Origin: an uncultured bacterium
Lineage (GTDB): Bacteria; Babelota; Babeliae; Babelales; RVW-14
NCBI GenBank assembly: GCA_963759805.1
Contig: CAVXAT010000008.1
Coordinates: 64,001-128,000, forward strand
Length of the DNA: 64,000 nucleotides
Direction of reading: 5' to 3'
Of the stretch, positions 18,878 to 28,084 are shown piece by piece (the stretch's first letter is position 1; each line of letters opens with the position of its first letter). The notes under the pieces are model-generated. The model was not told where the DNA came from. It saw nothing but the letters and a program-made list of their open reading frames with translations, and searched no databases. The translations under genes and the position numbers were made by a program.

Positions 18878-20035
18878 CTATTTTAAATTATTTTCGATCA
18901 GAAATTGCTCCGCTTGCAACGAATTTATAAAACAAAATCCATGGGCTGCTTTTATTCTACTACTTTGGTGTTTATCAAAGTAGTCACTACCAATCAATAT
19001 TTTTACTTTTTGGTACTGCGCATGCATTATTTGCTGCATGGCATCACAAAATGGGCCGTTAAAGTTGGGCATCGGAAAGACTGCCTTAACCTGGGATTTA
19101 TAAGAGTTATGAAAAACATTTCGCAATGAATAAAAATCATTTATAGTAACGGGAAAAAATAAATTTACTTCTGCCGGCTCAAATTGGCACCAAACATTTC
19201 TGTATTCCCAAACCGTTAACTTTTTAGTAGGATTTTTTTGCAAATAATGCGCAATTGCCTGACTAACTACCTTGAAAACTTTCATATGCGTTTTATGTCC
19301 ACGCTCACCTTCCGACGCAAGCGTCACTACATCCGGATCTATTTTTTCAAGAAGCTCCACAACCTTTTTTATGTCTTGGGAAAAGTCAAAATTTTCATCT
19401 TTGCTTGAGTAAAAACTAAGCTTCATGTGACTAATATCTGAATCGCCTACTCCAAGATGTCCCCAGGCAATCCCCTCCTCCCAATCGCGAATAAGGCCCT
19501 TGAGCGTTCTTATCCTATCGCTTGAGCCATTGCTGATCTCCTGCTTTATCAGTATAAGCGCATCAGATAGGCGCGCTCGTGGTGAGCCTGCCGAACCATC
19601 CGTAGTAGCCTTGGCGTAGACGGACGCGCCAGCATTCAGAAAAAGTTCACCATAAACCTGCAAAATATCTCTAGTCATACGAGTTGCTTTTGCAATCTCT
19701 TGAATTTTTGGATCATCTTTTGAAATGCCTTCAAAAAACATTTTAGTTTCGTAATTTTTGTCAGTACCAAAATTAAAATTATCAAAAATAATAGTTTCTA
19801 AACTTTCCAGATTTTTAATTAAATATTCATCAGATATAGAATTAAAACCGGCAGTCATGGTTGCAAAATGGTGCGAGGATCCTGTATTAAGAACCAAGTG
19901 CTGCACAATTGGAAAATACGCAAGCATAGTATCATCATGATGTGGTGTGGTATGTAAAAATCTCTTCTTTGAAAAATCTTGTAACGTTGAGTCTACTTTT
20001 AGCTTTAAATCATCTGGCTTTAAATCATTAACCAT
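18878..20035 (-). CDS. PIG-L/LmbE-like deacetylase-fold protein (similar to the C-terminal domain of long glucosamine-6-phosphate deaminases)
   Basis: FLHTTPHHDDTMLAY, KGLIRDWEE, GHKTH, WEYRNVW, YKSQ..A.FP..GPFC. Confidence 0.65.
   Translation of the reverse strand: MVNDLKPDDLKLKVDSTLQDFSKKRFLHTTPHHDDTMLAYFPIVQHLVLNTGSSHHFATMTAGFNSISDEYLIKNLESLETIIFDNFNFGTDKNYETKMFFEGISKDDPKIQEIAKATRMTRDILQVYGELFLNAGASVYAKATTDGSAGSPRARLSDALILIKQEISNGSSDRIRTLKGLIRDWEEGIAWGHLGVGDSDISHMKLSFYSSKDENFDFSQDIKKVVELLEKIDPDVVTLASEGERGHKTHMKVFKVVSQAIAHYLQKNPTKKLTVWEYRNVWCQFEPAEVNLFFPVTINDFYSLRNVFHNSYKSQVKAVFPMPNFNGPFCDAMQQIMHAQYQKVKILIGSDYFDKHQSSRIKAAHGFCFINSLQAEQFLIENNLK
19570..19630. repeat. REP-like palindromic insertion in frame within a CDS
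   Basis: GC-rich ggcgcg..cgcgcc segment containing ctcgtggtgagcctgccgaacca and tccgtagtagccttggcgtagacgga; translates as GASVYAKATTDGSAGSPRAR. Confidence 0.75.
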
Positions 20036-20211
20036 TCAAAATCCTTAAAAATCGTCATTTATAATCGCCCGTAAGATTGGTAATGAGCAGTTTGCAGCAA
20101 TTTAACACGAAAAACAATCCGATTAATGGTTTTTTATGAAATTATGCTAATTTATGCTATATTTCCACATGAGTTATGTAAATATAGAAAATCGATATGG
20201 AAGGAGTTTTC

Positions 20212-23055
20212 ATGCATAAATTACCACCTGAGACATCACATAAAATATCACGCGATGCATTATTTATCGTTGATGGATCATATCTTCTTTACAGATCATT
20301 TTATGCATTAAAACCACTTTACACAGCCGAGGGGATTCAAACACAAGCAATTTATGGCTTCTGCCGCACAATCAAAAAATTTGTCGACGAATTTGATCCT
20401 CAAAATATAGTCGTTGCCTGGGACCATAAAGGCAAGACTTTTCGAAGCGAAATTTATACCGAGTACAAGGCCACACGCCAAGCTCCTCCCAATGAACTTT
20501 TTGCGCAAAAAGAAGAGATAATAAAATTTCTTGATTTGATTGGAATCTGCCAGGTATCCATACAGGGGTATGAGGCAGACGATCTGATTTATTCAATCGT
20601 AAAAGATACTCAAGACAAAGATAAAAACAAAGAGATTGTTAAAGAAATTGTTATTGTTTGTCCCGACAAAGATCTGTTTCAATTACTAGGCAAAAATGTT
20701 GTAGTGTTCGATCCGTTTAAAGAACGCTTGATTGACAAAAAGACTTACGAAGAGGAACGCGGAATTAAGGTAGATCGAATTAATTTATACTACTCGCTGC
20801 TTGGTGATACATCAGATAACATCCCGGGAGTAGCAGGAATTGGAGAAAAAACGGCAAAAGAGCTTGTAAATCAATTTGAATCGCTTGAAGATATTTACAA
20901 AAATCTCGATAAGATTGAGAAAGAACGAATAAGAAAAAATCTTGAAGAGCACAAAGATGATGCATTTTTAAGCACCAAACTTTTTACACTGAAATATCAT
21001 GAAATTTCACTTACTGATAAAGATTATAAATTTGATAAAAGCAACTGGAATAAGACAGGCGATTTTTTCCGCAAATTTGACTTCAAAAGTCTTTTGAAAA
21101 CCATCTCTGTGAAAGAACAAAAGGCTATTAGTTCTGGCGAACATCAAGGTTCTTTATTTGATTTTTCGTCCGAGACACCTGTTTCTGCTAGTGAAGAAAA
21201 AGACAAGTCCAAAGCTGTTAATTATTCTACATGGTCATGCATTCTGGTCCAAACACCCGAAACTCTTGAAAAGATGCTAAAAGAGTTAAAAGAGTCAGAT
21301 ATTTTTGCTCTTGATACTGAAACTACAGGTGGAGATTCGCTTCGAAATGAATTAGTAGGCTTTTCCGTCGCTGTTAATAAAAAAGAGGCTTACTATGTTC
21401 CACTTGCTCATATAAATCTCGAAGGCGAGCCCCAACTCAATCGAGAAGAGACACTTGCAACATTAAAACCGATTTTTGAAAGCAAAAAAATCAAAAAAGT
21501 TTTGCACAATGCCAAGTTTGATAAATTGGTTCTTTCACAATATGACATTGAGTTGCAAAATACTGTTTTTGACACACTGATTGCAGCATCCTTGGTCAAA
21601 AAAGAGTGGCAGAAAATTAATTTAAAAGCACTGTCCGATTTTTATCTTGGCGAACCGATGCAAAAATTCAAAGATGTCATTGGAAACAAATATAAAACAT
21701 TTGCAGAGGTTCCAATTTTGCAGGGATCAATGTATGGAGCGCATGACGCCCTACAAACATTTAAATTAATGCCAATTTTAGAGAACGAGCTGAATCAAGA
21801 TCCAAAATTGAAAAAGCTTTTTGAAGATATCGAAATGCCATTATTTGAAGTTCTTACAAAGATGGAAAAACATGGCATAGAACTCGATGCCGAAAAATTA
21901 GCAGAGATTGGCAAAGAAGTTGAAAAGGAGATACACAAAGTTGAAAATAAAATATTTGGAGCGTTTGAAGGAATTGAAGAGATAAAAGCCTCTGAGATAA
22001 ATTTGAACTCTCCTCAGCAAATTGAGAAGTTATTATTTGATCACCTAGGGCTTAACCATGTAAAAAAAAGCGCAACCGGACGTCGTTCTACTGACCAGGA
22101 GGTCTTAGAAGAGTTAAGCAATTTACATCCAATTCCAGGCTTGATTTTGAAATATCGAGAGCTGTCAAAGCTTAAAAATACTTATATCGAGCCACTACCA
22201 ACATTTGTTAATCCCAAAACAGGCCGCGTACATACAACATACAGCCAAACGTTTGTGGCAACCGGACGACTCTCAAGCCAAGAACCAAATCTTCAAAACA
22301 TCCCGACGGGAGATGGCCCTGGAGCACAAATTCGAGCTGCATTTGTAGCCCCACGTGGATATCGATTCTTATCAGCTGACTACTCCCAAATTGAGCTACG
22401 CGTGCTTGCACACATGACAAAAGATGACAATCTTACAGACGCCTTTTTGCATGACAAGGACATTCACGCCCAGACTGCCTCACAGCTTTTTGATGTCCCC
22501 GTTGATAAGGTAACACATGAGCAACGCCAACTTGGCAAACGGATCAATTTTAGCATCATTTATGGCCTAACTCCCTACGGATTGTCAAAAGATCTCGGAA
22601 TTAAACCCAGCGAAGCAAAAGAGTACATCGAAAAGTACTTTAAACAGTACCCAATGGTTCTGGAATGGATCAATCAAACCGTGGAAACTGCCGTTAAAAA
22701 CGGGTATACCCAAACTTGGATGGGTAGACGCAGGTATATTGCAGATCTGGCAGAAACCAACAAAAATCTGTTCGAAGCAGGCAAACGCGTTGCAATCAAT
22801 AGCCCGGTACAGGGAACATCGGCTGAAATTATCAAAATTGCAATGATTAATGTCGATCAAGCATTTTCTGATAAAAAGCTTGATGCAGCCATTATTTTAC
22901 AAATTCACGACGAGTTAATTATTCAGATGCATGCCGACATTGCAGATGAAATTGAAAAATTGGTCACAAAAGAGATGGAGAACGTCATTGACTGGGAGAT
23001 TCCATTCAAAGTTTCAACCCGAATTGGTAAAAACTGGGGGGATATCACTAAATAA
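20212..23055 (+). CDS. polA: DNA polymerase I
   Basis: 5'-3' exonuclease (IVDGSYLLYRSF, GDTSDNIPGV), 3'-5' exonuclease (ALDTETTG), polymerase motifs ADYSQIELR, KRINFSIIYG and LQIHDEL; AAGGAG RBS. Confidence 0.97.
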   Translation: MHKLPPETSHKISRDALFIVDGSYLLYRSFYALKPLYTAEGIQTQAIYGFCRTIKKFVDEFDPQNIVVAWDHKGKTFRSEIYTEYKATRQAPPNELFAQKEEIIKFLDLIGICQVSIQGYEADDLIYSIVKDTQDKDKNKEIVKEIVIVCPDKDLFQLLGKNVVVFDPFKERLIDKKTYEEERGIKVDRINLYYSLLGDTSDNIPGVAGIGEKTAKELVNQFESLEDIYKNLDKIEKERIRKNLEEHKDDAFLSTKLFTLKYHEISLTDKDYKFDKSNWNKTGDFFRKFDFKSLLKTISVKEQKAISSGEHQGSLFDFSSETPVSASEEKDKSKAVNYSTWSCILVQTPETLEKMLKELKESDIFALDTETTGGDSLRNELVGFSVAVNKKEAYYVPLAHINLEGEPQLNREETLATLKPIFESKKIKKVLHNAKFDKLVLSQYDIELQNTVFDTLIAASLVKKEWQKINLKALSDFYLGEPMQKFKDVIGNKYKTFAEVPILQGSMYGAHDALQTFKLMPILENELNQDPKLKKLFEDIEMPLFEVLTKMEKHGIELDAEKLAEIGKEVEKEIHKVENKIFGAFEGIEEIKASEINLNSPQQIEKLLFDHLGLNHVKKSATGRRSTDQEVLEELSNLHPIPGLILKYRELSKLKNTYIEPLPTFVNPKTGRVHTTYSQTFVATGRLSSQEPNLQNIPTGDGPGAQIRAAFVAPRGYRFLSADYSQIELRVLAHMTKDDNLTDAFLHDKDIHAQTASQLFDVPVDKVTHEQRQLGKRINFSIIYGLTPYGLSKDLGIKPSEAKEYIEKYFKQYPMVLEWINQTVETAVKNGYTQTWMGRRRYIADLAETNKNLFEAGKRVAINSPVQGTSAEIIKIAMINVDQAFSDKKLDAAIILQIHDELIIQMHADIADEIEKLVTKEMENVIDWEIPFKVSTRIGKNWGDITK

Positions 23056-23066
23056 GGGAATTTGAT

Positions 23067-23094
23067 TTGACTTTTGTCCCAAAAAAGGCATAAT
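23067..23094 (+). promoter_or_regulatory. Putative sigma70 promoter for rpmA-secF
   Basis: TTGACT-16 nt-CATAAT upstream of rpmA. Confidence 0.45.
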
Positions 23095-23189
23095 TAAAAC
23101 ATTAAAAACAGAGATGGTGAGTTTCAGGTTTTATTCGATGGTTAAAAGCAAAAATAACCCTTTTAAGATATGAAAAGTTAGGAATTGCG

Positions 23190-23450
23190 ATGGCAACGAG
23201 TAAAAGTGGTGGTTCTACAAGTAACGGCCGCGAGAGTATAAGCAAACGGCTTGGATGCAAGAGATTTGATGGACAGATGGTTCTATGCGGTGAAATTCTG
23301 GTTCGTCAACGCGGAACAAAGGTGCATCCGGGCAAGAACGTTCTTCGCGGTGGCGATGATACTCTCTTTTCTGTGGCAACAGGAGTTGTAAAGTTCCATT
23401 CAGGATTGAAAGGCAGAAAGTTTGTATCTGTCGTTCCTTCTAATGGCTAA
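23190..23450 (+). CDS. rpmA: 50S ribosomal protein L27
   Basis: [43 protein letters not shown]. Confidence 0.97.
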   Translation: MATSKSGGSTSNGRESISKRLGCKRFDGQMVLCGEILVRQRGTKVHPGKNVLRGGDDTLFSVATGVVKFHSGLKGRKFVSVVPSNG

Positions 23451-23506
23451 AATATTAAGAGTAGTAGTTTTTTCTTTCTCAACCCAAGTCTTTTTATGGA
23501 GAGACA

Positions 23507-24420
23507 ATGCAGGTATCCACAAGGTCTACAAGATTTCATTTTAATTTTTTAAAGTATAGTAAAATTTGGATTGGCGTATCGATTGCCTATTTGGCCATTG
23601 GAATAGTAGCCTTCATCGTCATGGGAGGCTTTAAATATCACATTGATTTTACAGGTGGTGCTGAAATTCAAGTCTCTTTTGAAAAGCCAATTGATACGGC
23701 AACCGTCAGAAGTGTTGTAGCAAAGGCCGGTTGGAACCAAGCTATCATCCAGGAAATCGGTAGTACAAAAAAAGAGTTTTTAATTAAACTGGGCGGAGCA
23801 TTAGAAACAGGACTAGAAGACAAAGTTAAGTCTACCATCACAACAAACATACCTGAAAATAAACTTCGAGGTTAGAAATGTTGAATGGGTGGGGGCAGAG
23901 GTTAGCTCAGATACCACTTGGAACGCAATTTTAGGCCGTAGCATTATCTGTTCTTATTCTTTTACTTTATATGGCCTTTCGCTTTGAGTTTGCATTTGGA
24001 GTGGGTGCGGTGGTAGCACTTCTTCACGATTTACTGTTTGTTTTAGCCTTTATTTTAATCACAGGACAGCAGATATCGTTAAATGTTTTGGCAGCTGTTC
24101 TGGTAGTTCTTGGATATTCAGTTAATGACACTATTGTTATTTTCAGTAGAATGCGTGAAAATTTGAAAAAGATGCCCGAAGTTTCTGAATATGAAGTTGC
24201 AAATTTGAGCATTAATCAGACGTTAACCAGAACTATTTTGACAAGCTTTGCCACGATTTTATCTGTCTTGGCTATTCTATTTCTGGGTGGCACAACGTTG
24301 CATGATTTGTCTTTGATAATGTTTATAGGAATCGTTGTTGGAACATACTCTTCGATTTACATTGCCAGCCCCGTTATGTTGTTTATCAGATCATACAAAA
24401 AATCGAATCTCCCTAGCTAA
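23507..24420 (+). CDS. secF: Protein translocase subunit SecF, split by two +1 frameshifts (~23862, ~23934)
   Basis: IDFTGG in the first piece; intervening frame reads FEVRNVEWVGAEVS; last piece has FRFE, ALLHD, LGYSVNDTIVIF.R.REN, QTLTRT and GTYSSIYIASP. Confidence 0.9.
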
Positions 24421-24450
24421 TGTGTACTTGGAGAAAATGTTGAATTGTAT

Positions 24451-24480
24451 TTGACTTTTGGGGGCAATGCTTGCTATCAT
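24451..24480 (+). promoter_or_regulatory. Putative sigma70 promoter for rho
   Basis: TTGACT-18 nt-TATCAT with a TGn extended -10. Confidence 0.45.
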
Positions 24481-24620
24481 GTCCTCTGTGGTAGTGAGAA
24501 TCTAGTAAATAAAGCAGAATCATAACTTTCCTGCTTGAATTCGTTGAAATTTTGAAAAATTAAATAAATTATTTTCGATGGTCTTATATTATTGTCCCTT
24601 TAACTTAATGTTTTTTATTT

Positions 24621-26339
24621 ATGGTTAATTCAAATAACAAAAAAAACGGTTCTGCTCAGGCAGAAAAATCTGTAGAAAAAAATGAAAAGTCCAAGGCCCT
24701 TGATACAAAGGTTGATACAAAAGTTGATACAAAAAAGGCCAAGGAACTTTTGCTGCCAGAACTTGAAATTGGACCTGAAGTCGATACGCCTACTGATCTT
24801 GATACGCCTATTGAACGTATTGATGAGTATGTCCAAAATCTTGTAGCTCAAGAAGCTCAGGCCGTTCAAACTACACAACCTGAACCAACGCCCGCTCAAA
24901 AAGCACAAAGAGCCGCTGAAAAGGTAGTCGAAAAGATTAATGCTCGCATTCGGGCAGAGAAGGCCATGGATAAAAATTCCAGTGATGATGTTACAAATTC
25001 TGAACAGCAGACGGCTACAGAAGAGTCTGCAAACACAACCAAGGTTTCTATTGATGTTCAGGTTCTTAAAGAGATGAACATTACAAATTTAATCAGCTAT
25101 GCACAGGGTCTTGGTATACAAGGTGTTGCATCGCTAAAAAAACAGGAAATAATTTTTAAAATATTAGAAGCACAGTCAGATCAAAGAGTGGAAATATATG
25201 GGGAAGGAATTCTAGAAAAACTTCCTGACGGATTTGGCTTTTTACGTTCACCCAAATTTAGTTATGTCCCGGGACCGGACGACATCTATGTTTCACCTGC
25301 GCACCTTAAACGCTTCTGCTTACGTACGGGCGATGTTGTAAAAGGAACATTGCGTAAACCAAAAGAAGGCGAAAAATATTTTGCACTACAACGTGTTGAA
25401 AGTGTAAACTATGGGTCACCGCTTGCAAATGTAAACAAAACAGTTTTTGAAAATCTTACGCCTCTATTTCCCAACGAAAAATTTAAACTTGAATCCAATC
25501 CAAACGTAATATCAATGCGCATTATGGACATATTGGTGCCAATTGGTAAGGGTCAGCGTGGATTGATTGTTGCTCCTCCAAAAACAGGTAAGACCACTCT
25601 TTTAAAAGAGATTGCAAATTCAATTTTAACCAATCATCCGGAAGTTATAATGATGATTCTTTTAATTGATGAGCGACCTGAAGAAGTCACGGACATGGAA
25701 CGCTCTGTCAATACAGAGGTTATCAGCTCAACATTTGATGAATATGCGACTCGCCACGTTCAAGTATCAGAAATTGTTCTTGAAAAGGCAAAACGTTTGG
25801 TCGAAAGTGGTAAAGATGTTGTTATCCTACTTGATTCATTAACTCGTCTTGCTCGCGCATACAATACTCTCGCTCCTGCATCCGGTAAAGTTCTTACCGG
25901 TGGTATTGATGCAAATGCATTACAAAGACCAAAACGATTTTTTGGTGCAGCACGAAATGTTGAAGAGGGAGGATCTCTTACAATTTTATCAACGGCACTT
26001 GTTGAAACCGGATCGCGAATGGACGAAGTTATTTTTGAAGAATTTAAGGGAACAGGCAACATGGAAATTCACCTTACTCGTAAACTCTCCAATAAACGCT
26101 TATATCCGGCATTTGATCTCCAGGCTTCCGGAACTCGACGCGAGGAGCTTATGCTTTCCGAAACCGAACTTAACAACATGTGGGTATTACAAAAATTCCT
26201 TAGTTCAATGAATCTTGGTGAGGGCATGGAGTTCTTAACGGATAAGATGCGCAAAACCAAAACAAATGAAGAATTTTGGGATATGATGCTAAAGAAAAAA
26301 GGCAGTTCTACCAACGGGTCCGGATCTTCTACCAAATAA
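24621..26339 (+). CDS. rho: Transcription termination factor Rho with long N-terminal extension
   Basis: [65 protein letters not shown]. Confidence 0.97.
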   Translation: MVNSNNKKNGSAQAEKSVEKNEKSKALDTKVDTKVDTKKAKELLLPELEIGPEVDTPTDLDTPIERIDEYVQNLVAQEAQAVQTTQPEPTPAQKAQRAAEKVVEKINARIRAEKAMDKNSSDDVTNSEQQTATEESANTTKVSIDVQVLKEMNITNLISYAQGLGIQGVASLKKQEIIFKILEAQSDQRVEIYGEGILEKLPDGFGFLRSPKFSYVPGPDDIYVSPAHLKRFCLRTGDVVKGTLRKPKEGEKYFALQRVESVNYGSPLANVNKTVFENLTPLFPNEKFKLESNPNVISMRIMDILVPIGKGQRGLIVAPPKTGKTTLLKEIANSILTNHPEVIMMILLIDERPEEVTDMERSVNTEVISSTFDEYATRHVQVSEIVLEKAKRLVESGKDVVILLDSLTRLARAYNTLAPASGKVLTGGIDANALQRPKRFFGAARNVEEGGSLTILSTALVETGSRMDEVIFEEFKGTGNMEIHLTRKLSNKRLYPAFDLQASGTRREELMLSETELNNMWVLQKFLSSMNLGEGMEFLTDKMRKTKTNEEFWDMMLKKKGSSTNGSGSSTK

Positions 26340-26367
26340 ATTAGTTTACTGAATAAATTGGTCTAAA

Positions 26368-27414
26368 ATGACTCTGATTTTGGGAATTGAAACATCTTGT
26401 GATGAAACCGGAGCTGCCGTTTACAATTTGGAACAGCAGCGCATTTTATCAAACGTGCTTTTTTCCCAAATTAAAGAGCATGAAAAATACGGGGGCGTAG
26501 TTCCTGAAATCGCCTCCCGTTCTCAACTTGAAAAAATAAATCCTATTGTTTGCGCCGCTTTACAAAGCGCCAACATCTCAATTGATCAAATTGATGTTAT
26601 TGCCGTAGCGCAAGGCCCGGGTCTTGTGGGATCACTTTTTGTTGGACTCTGCTTTGCAAAGGGAATTGCATGGTCTTACAACAAAAAACTTGTTGGTGTA
26701 AACCATCTTGAAGCCCATGTTTTCTCGTCTTTTTTAACAAATAATCTAACAATCGAAAAAAACATTGGATTCCCCCATCTCTGTCTTTCTGTCTCCGGCG
26801 GACATACTTCACTTTATCTGGTTAATGATTTTGGGTCTTATGAAGTTGTTGGGCAGACAATCGACGATGCTGCAGGAGAGGCTTTTGATAAAATCGCTAA
26901 GATCCTAGGTTTTGGATATCCGGGAGGACCTGTAATCGAAAAATTAGCCCATCAGGCAGGATTTCAGGATTATTTTAAATATCCTCGTACAAAACCACAC
27001 GGAGATGAAGTCTTTTTTAGTTTTTCGGGCCTCAAAACCGCCGTACTTTATGATCTGGTCAGACGTGGTGCCTACGACTTAAACGTTGGCCCAATAATTC
27101 AAAATTTGGCGGATGAATTAAAACAGCAAGTTGCCAGTTCATTGCTTGTCTGTATTGGGGATATTTTTGTTAATAACGTTAAAATAGCATTCAAAAAATA
27201 TCCCAATATCAAAAGCTTCACATTTGTTGGCGGTGTTGCATGCAATAAGTATCTTCGTAGCCGCCTAGAATTAATATGTAATAAATATCAAAAAAGCTTC
27301 TTTTTTGCTCCGCCACAATTTTGCACGGATAACGCCGCAATGATTGCATTTGTGGGGGGATATAAAACTCTAAAAAACGAATTTTCTGATCTAACGCTAG
27401 ATGTTAAGATATAA
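26368..27414 (+). CDS. tsaD: tRNA N6-adenosine threonylcarbamoyltransferase
   Basis: ILGIETSCDET, GGVVPEIASR, NHLEAH, SGGHT, DDAAGEAFDK, FSFSGLKT, TDNAAMIA. Confidence 0.97.
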   Translation: MTLILGIETSCDETGAAVYNLEQQRILSNVLFSQIKEHEKYGGVVPEIASRSQLEKINPIVCAALQSANISIDQIDVIAVAQGPGLVGSLFVGLCFAKGIAWSYNKKLVGVNHLEAHVFSSFLTNNLTIEKNIGFPHLCLSVSGGHTSLYLVNDFGSYEVVGQTIDDAAGEAFDKIAKILGFGYPGGPVIEKLAHQAGFQDYFKYPRTKPHGDEVFFSFSGLKTAVLYDLVRRGAYDLNVGPIIQNLADELKQQVASSLLVCIGDIFVNNVKIAFKKYPNIKSFTFVGGVACNKYLRSRLELICNKYQKSFFFAPPQFCTDNAAMIAFVGGYKTLKNEFSDLTLDVKI

Positions 27415-27989
27415 TGTCAGTTCTATAACTAGGTATATTTAGATTAGAGGCTTGTGGCTTGTTATTGTCGTGTCGCGTTCCGTTTGTCATGCTGAACTTG
27501 TTTCAGCATCCATGGATTAGTTGCTCCTATTGCCCAATTACAAAAATTTTGAATTATTTTATCTATGGATCCTGAAATAAATTCATAACTGTCCGAAGTG
27601 TTAAACGTAGCTTTGAATCGTCGGATGCGTATGGTTTTCATCGCGCTCGTCCTGAGTGATTTGCAAGCAACTTGTTGCTTAGCAAATCGTATCGAAGGAT
27701 AGAGCGCAACGGCGGATAGAATAAGTTTTTAGGGCGCACCCTTCGATACGCCTCGCAAGGCTCGGCACTCAGGGCGAGCGCCCTTGAGTGAGCACAACAA
27801 GCGTTCAGATGGCTTTTAAAGCACTTCGGACAGTTGTGAAACAAGTTCAGGATGACACAGTACTTCGGTGAAAGCATTTAACCTTATAAAGCACTTCGGA
27901 CAGTTATGAAATAAATTCAGGATGACAGATCTCTGATCCGAAGCCACTTTTTGCGTCCACAGCCCTTTTCCTAATTATCGAACTGGCGC
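27414..27989. mobile_element. Composite nested MITE/REP region (outer element related to 15385-15540)
   Basis: Outer ends atgtcagttctataa / ttatcgaactggcg; REP hairpins at ~27486, 27568, 27837 and 27907; inverted pair gctcgtcctgagtg..gtatcgaagga / cccttcgatac..cactcagggcgagc. Confidence 0.7.
27586..27906. mobile_element. 321-bp non-autonomous element with 15-bp TIRs and a perfect 13-bp target-site duplication
   Basis: TIRs taactgtccgaagtg (27586-27600) / cacttcggacagtta (27892-27906); tgaaataaattca at 27573-27585 and 27907-27919. Confidence 0.8.
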
Positions 27990-28023
27990 TGATTATGTAG
28001 AATGGTATAACGTCAGTTCTATT

Positions 28024-28060
28024 AAAAAAGTCAGGGGCTTACAAGTGCAAGCCCCTTTTT
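28024..28060. terminator. Probable bidirectional intrinsic terminator
   Basis: aggggctt-acaagtgc-aagcccct stem with an A-tract before and a T-tract after, between convergent tsaD and the giant gene. Confidence 0.65.
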
Positions 28061-28084
28061 CACGTCAAAGCAAATCGTCTAAAA

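Noticed and set aside
27638..27877. 79-aa ORF inside the MITE
   Set aside because: Made of palindromic repeat sequence, with no transposase motifs
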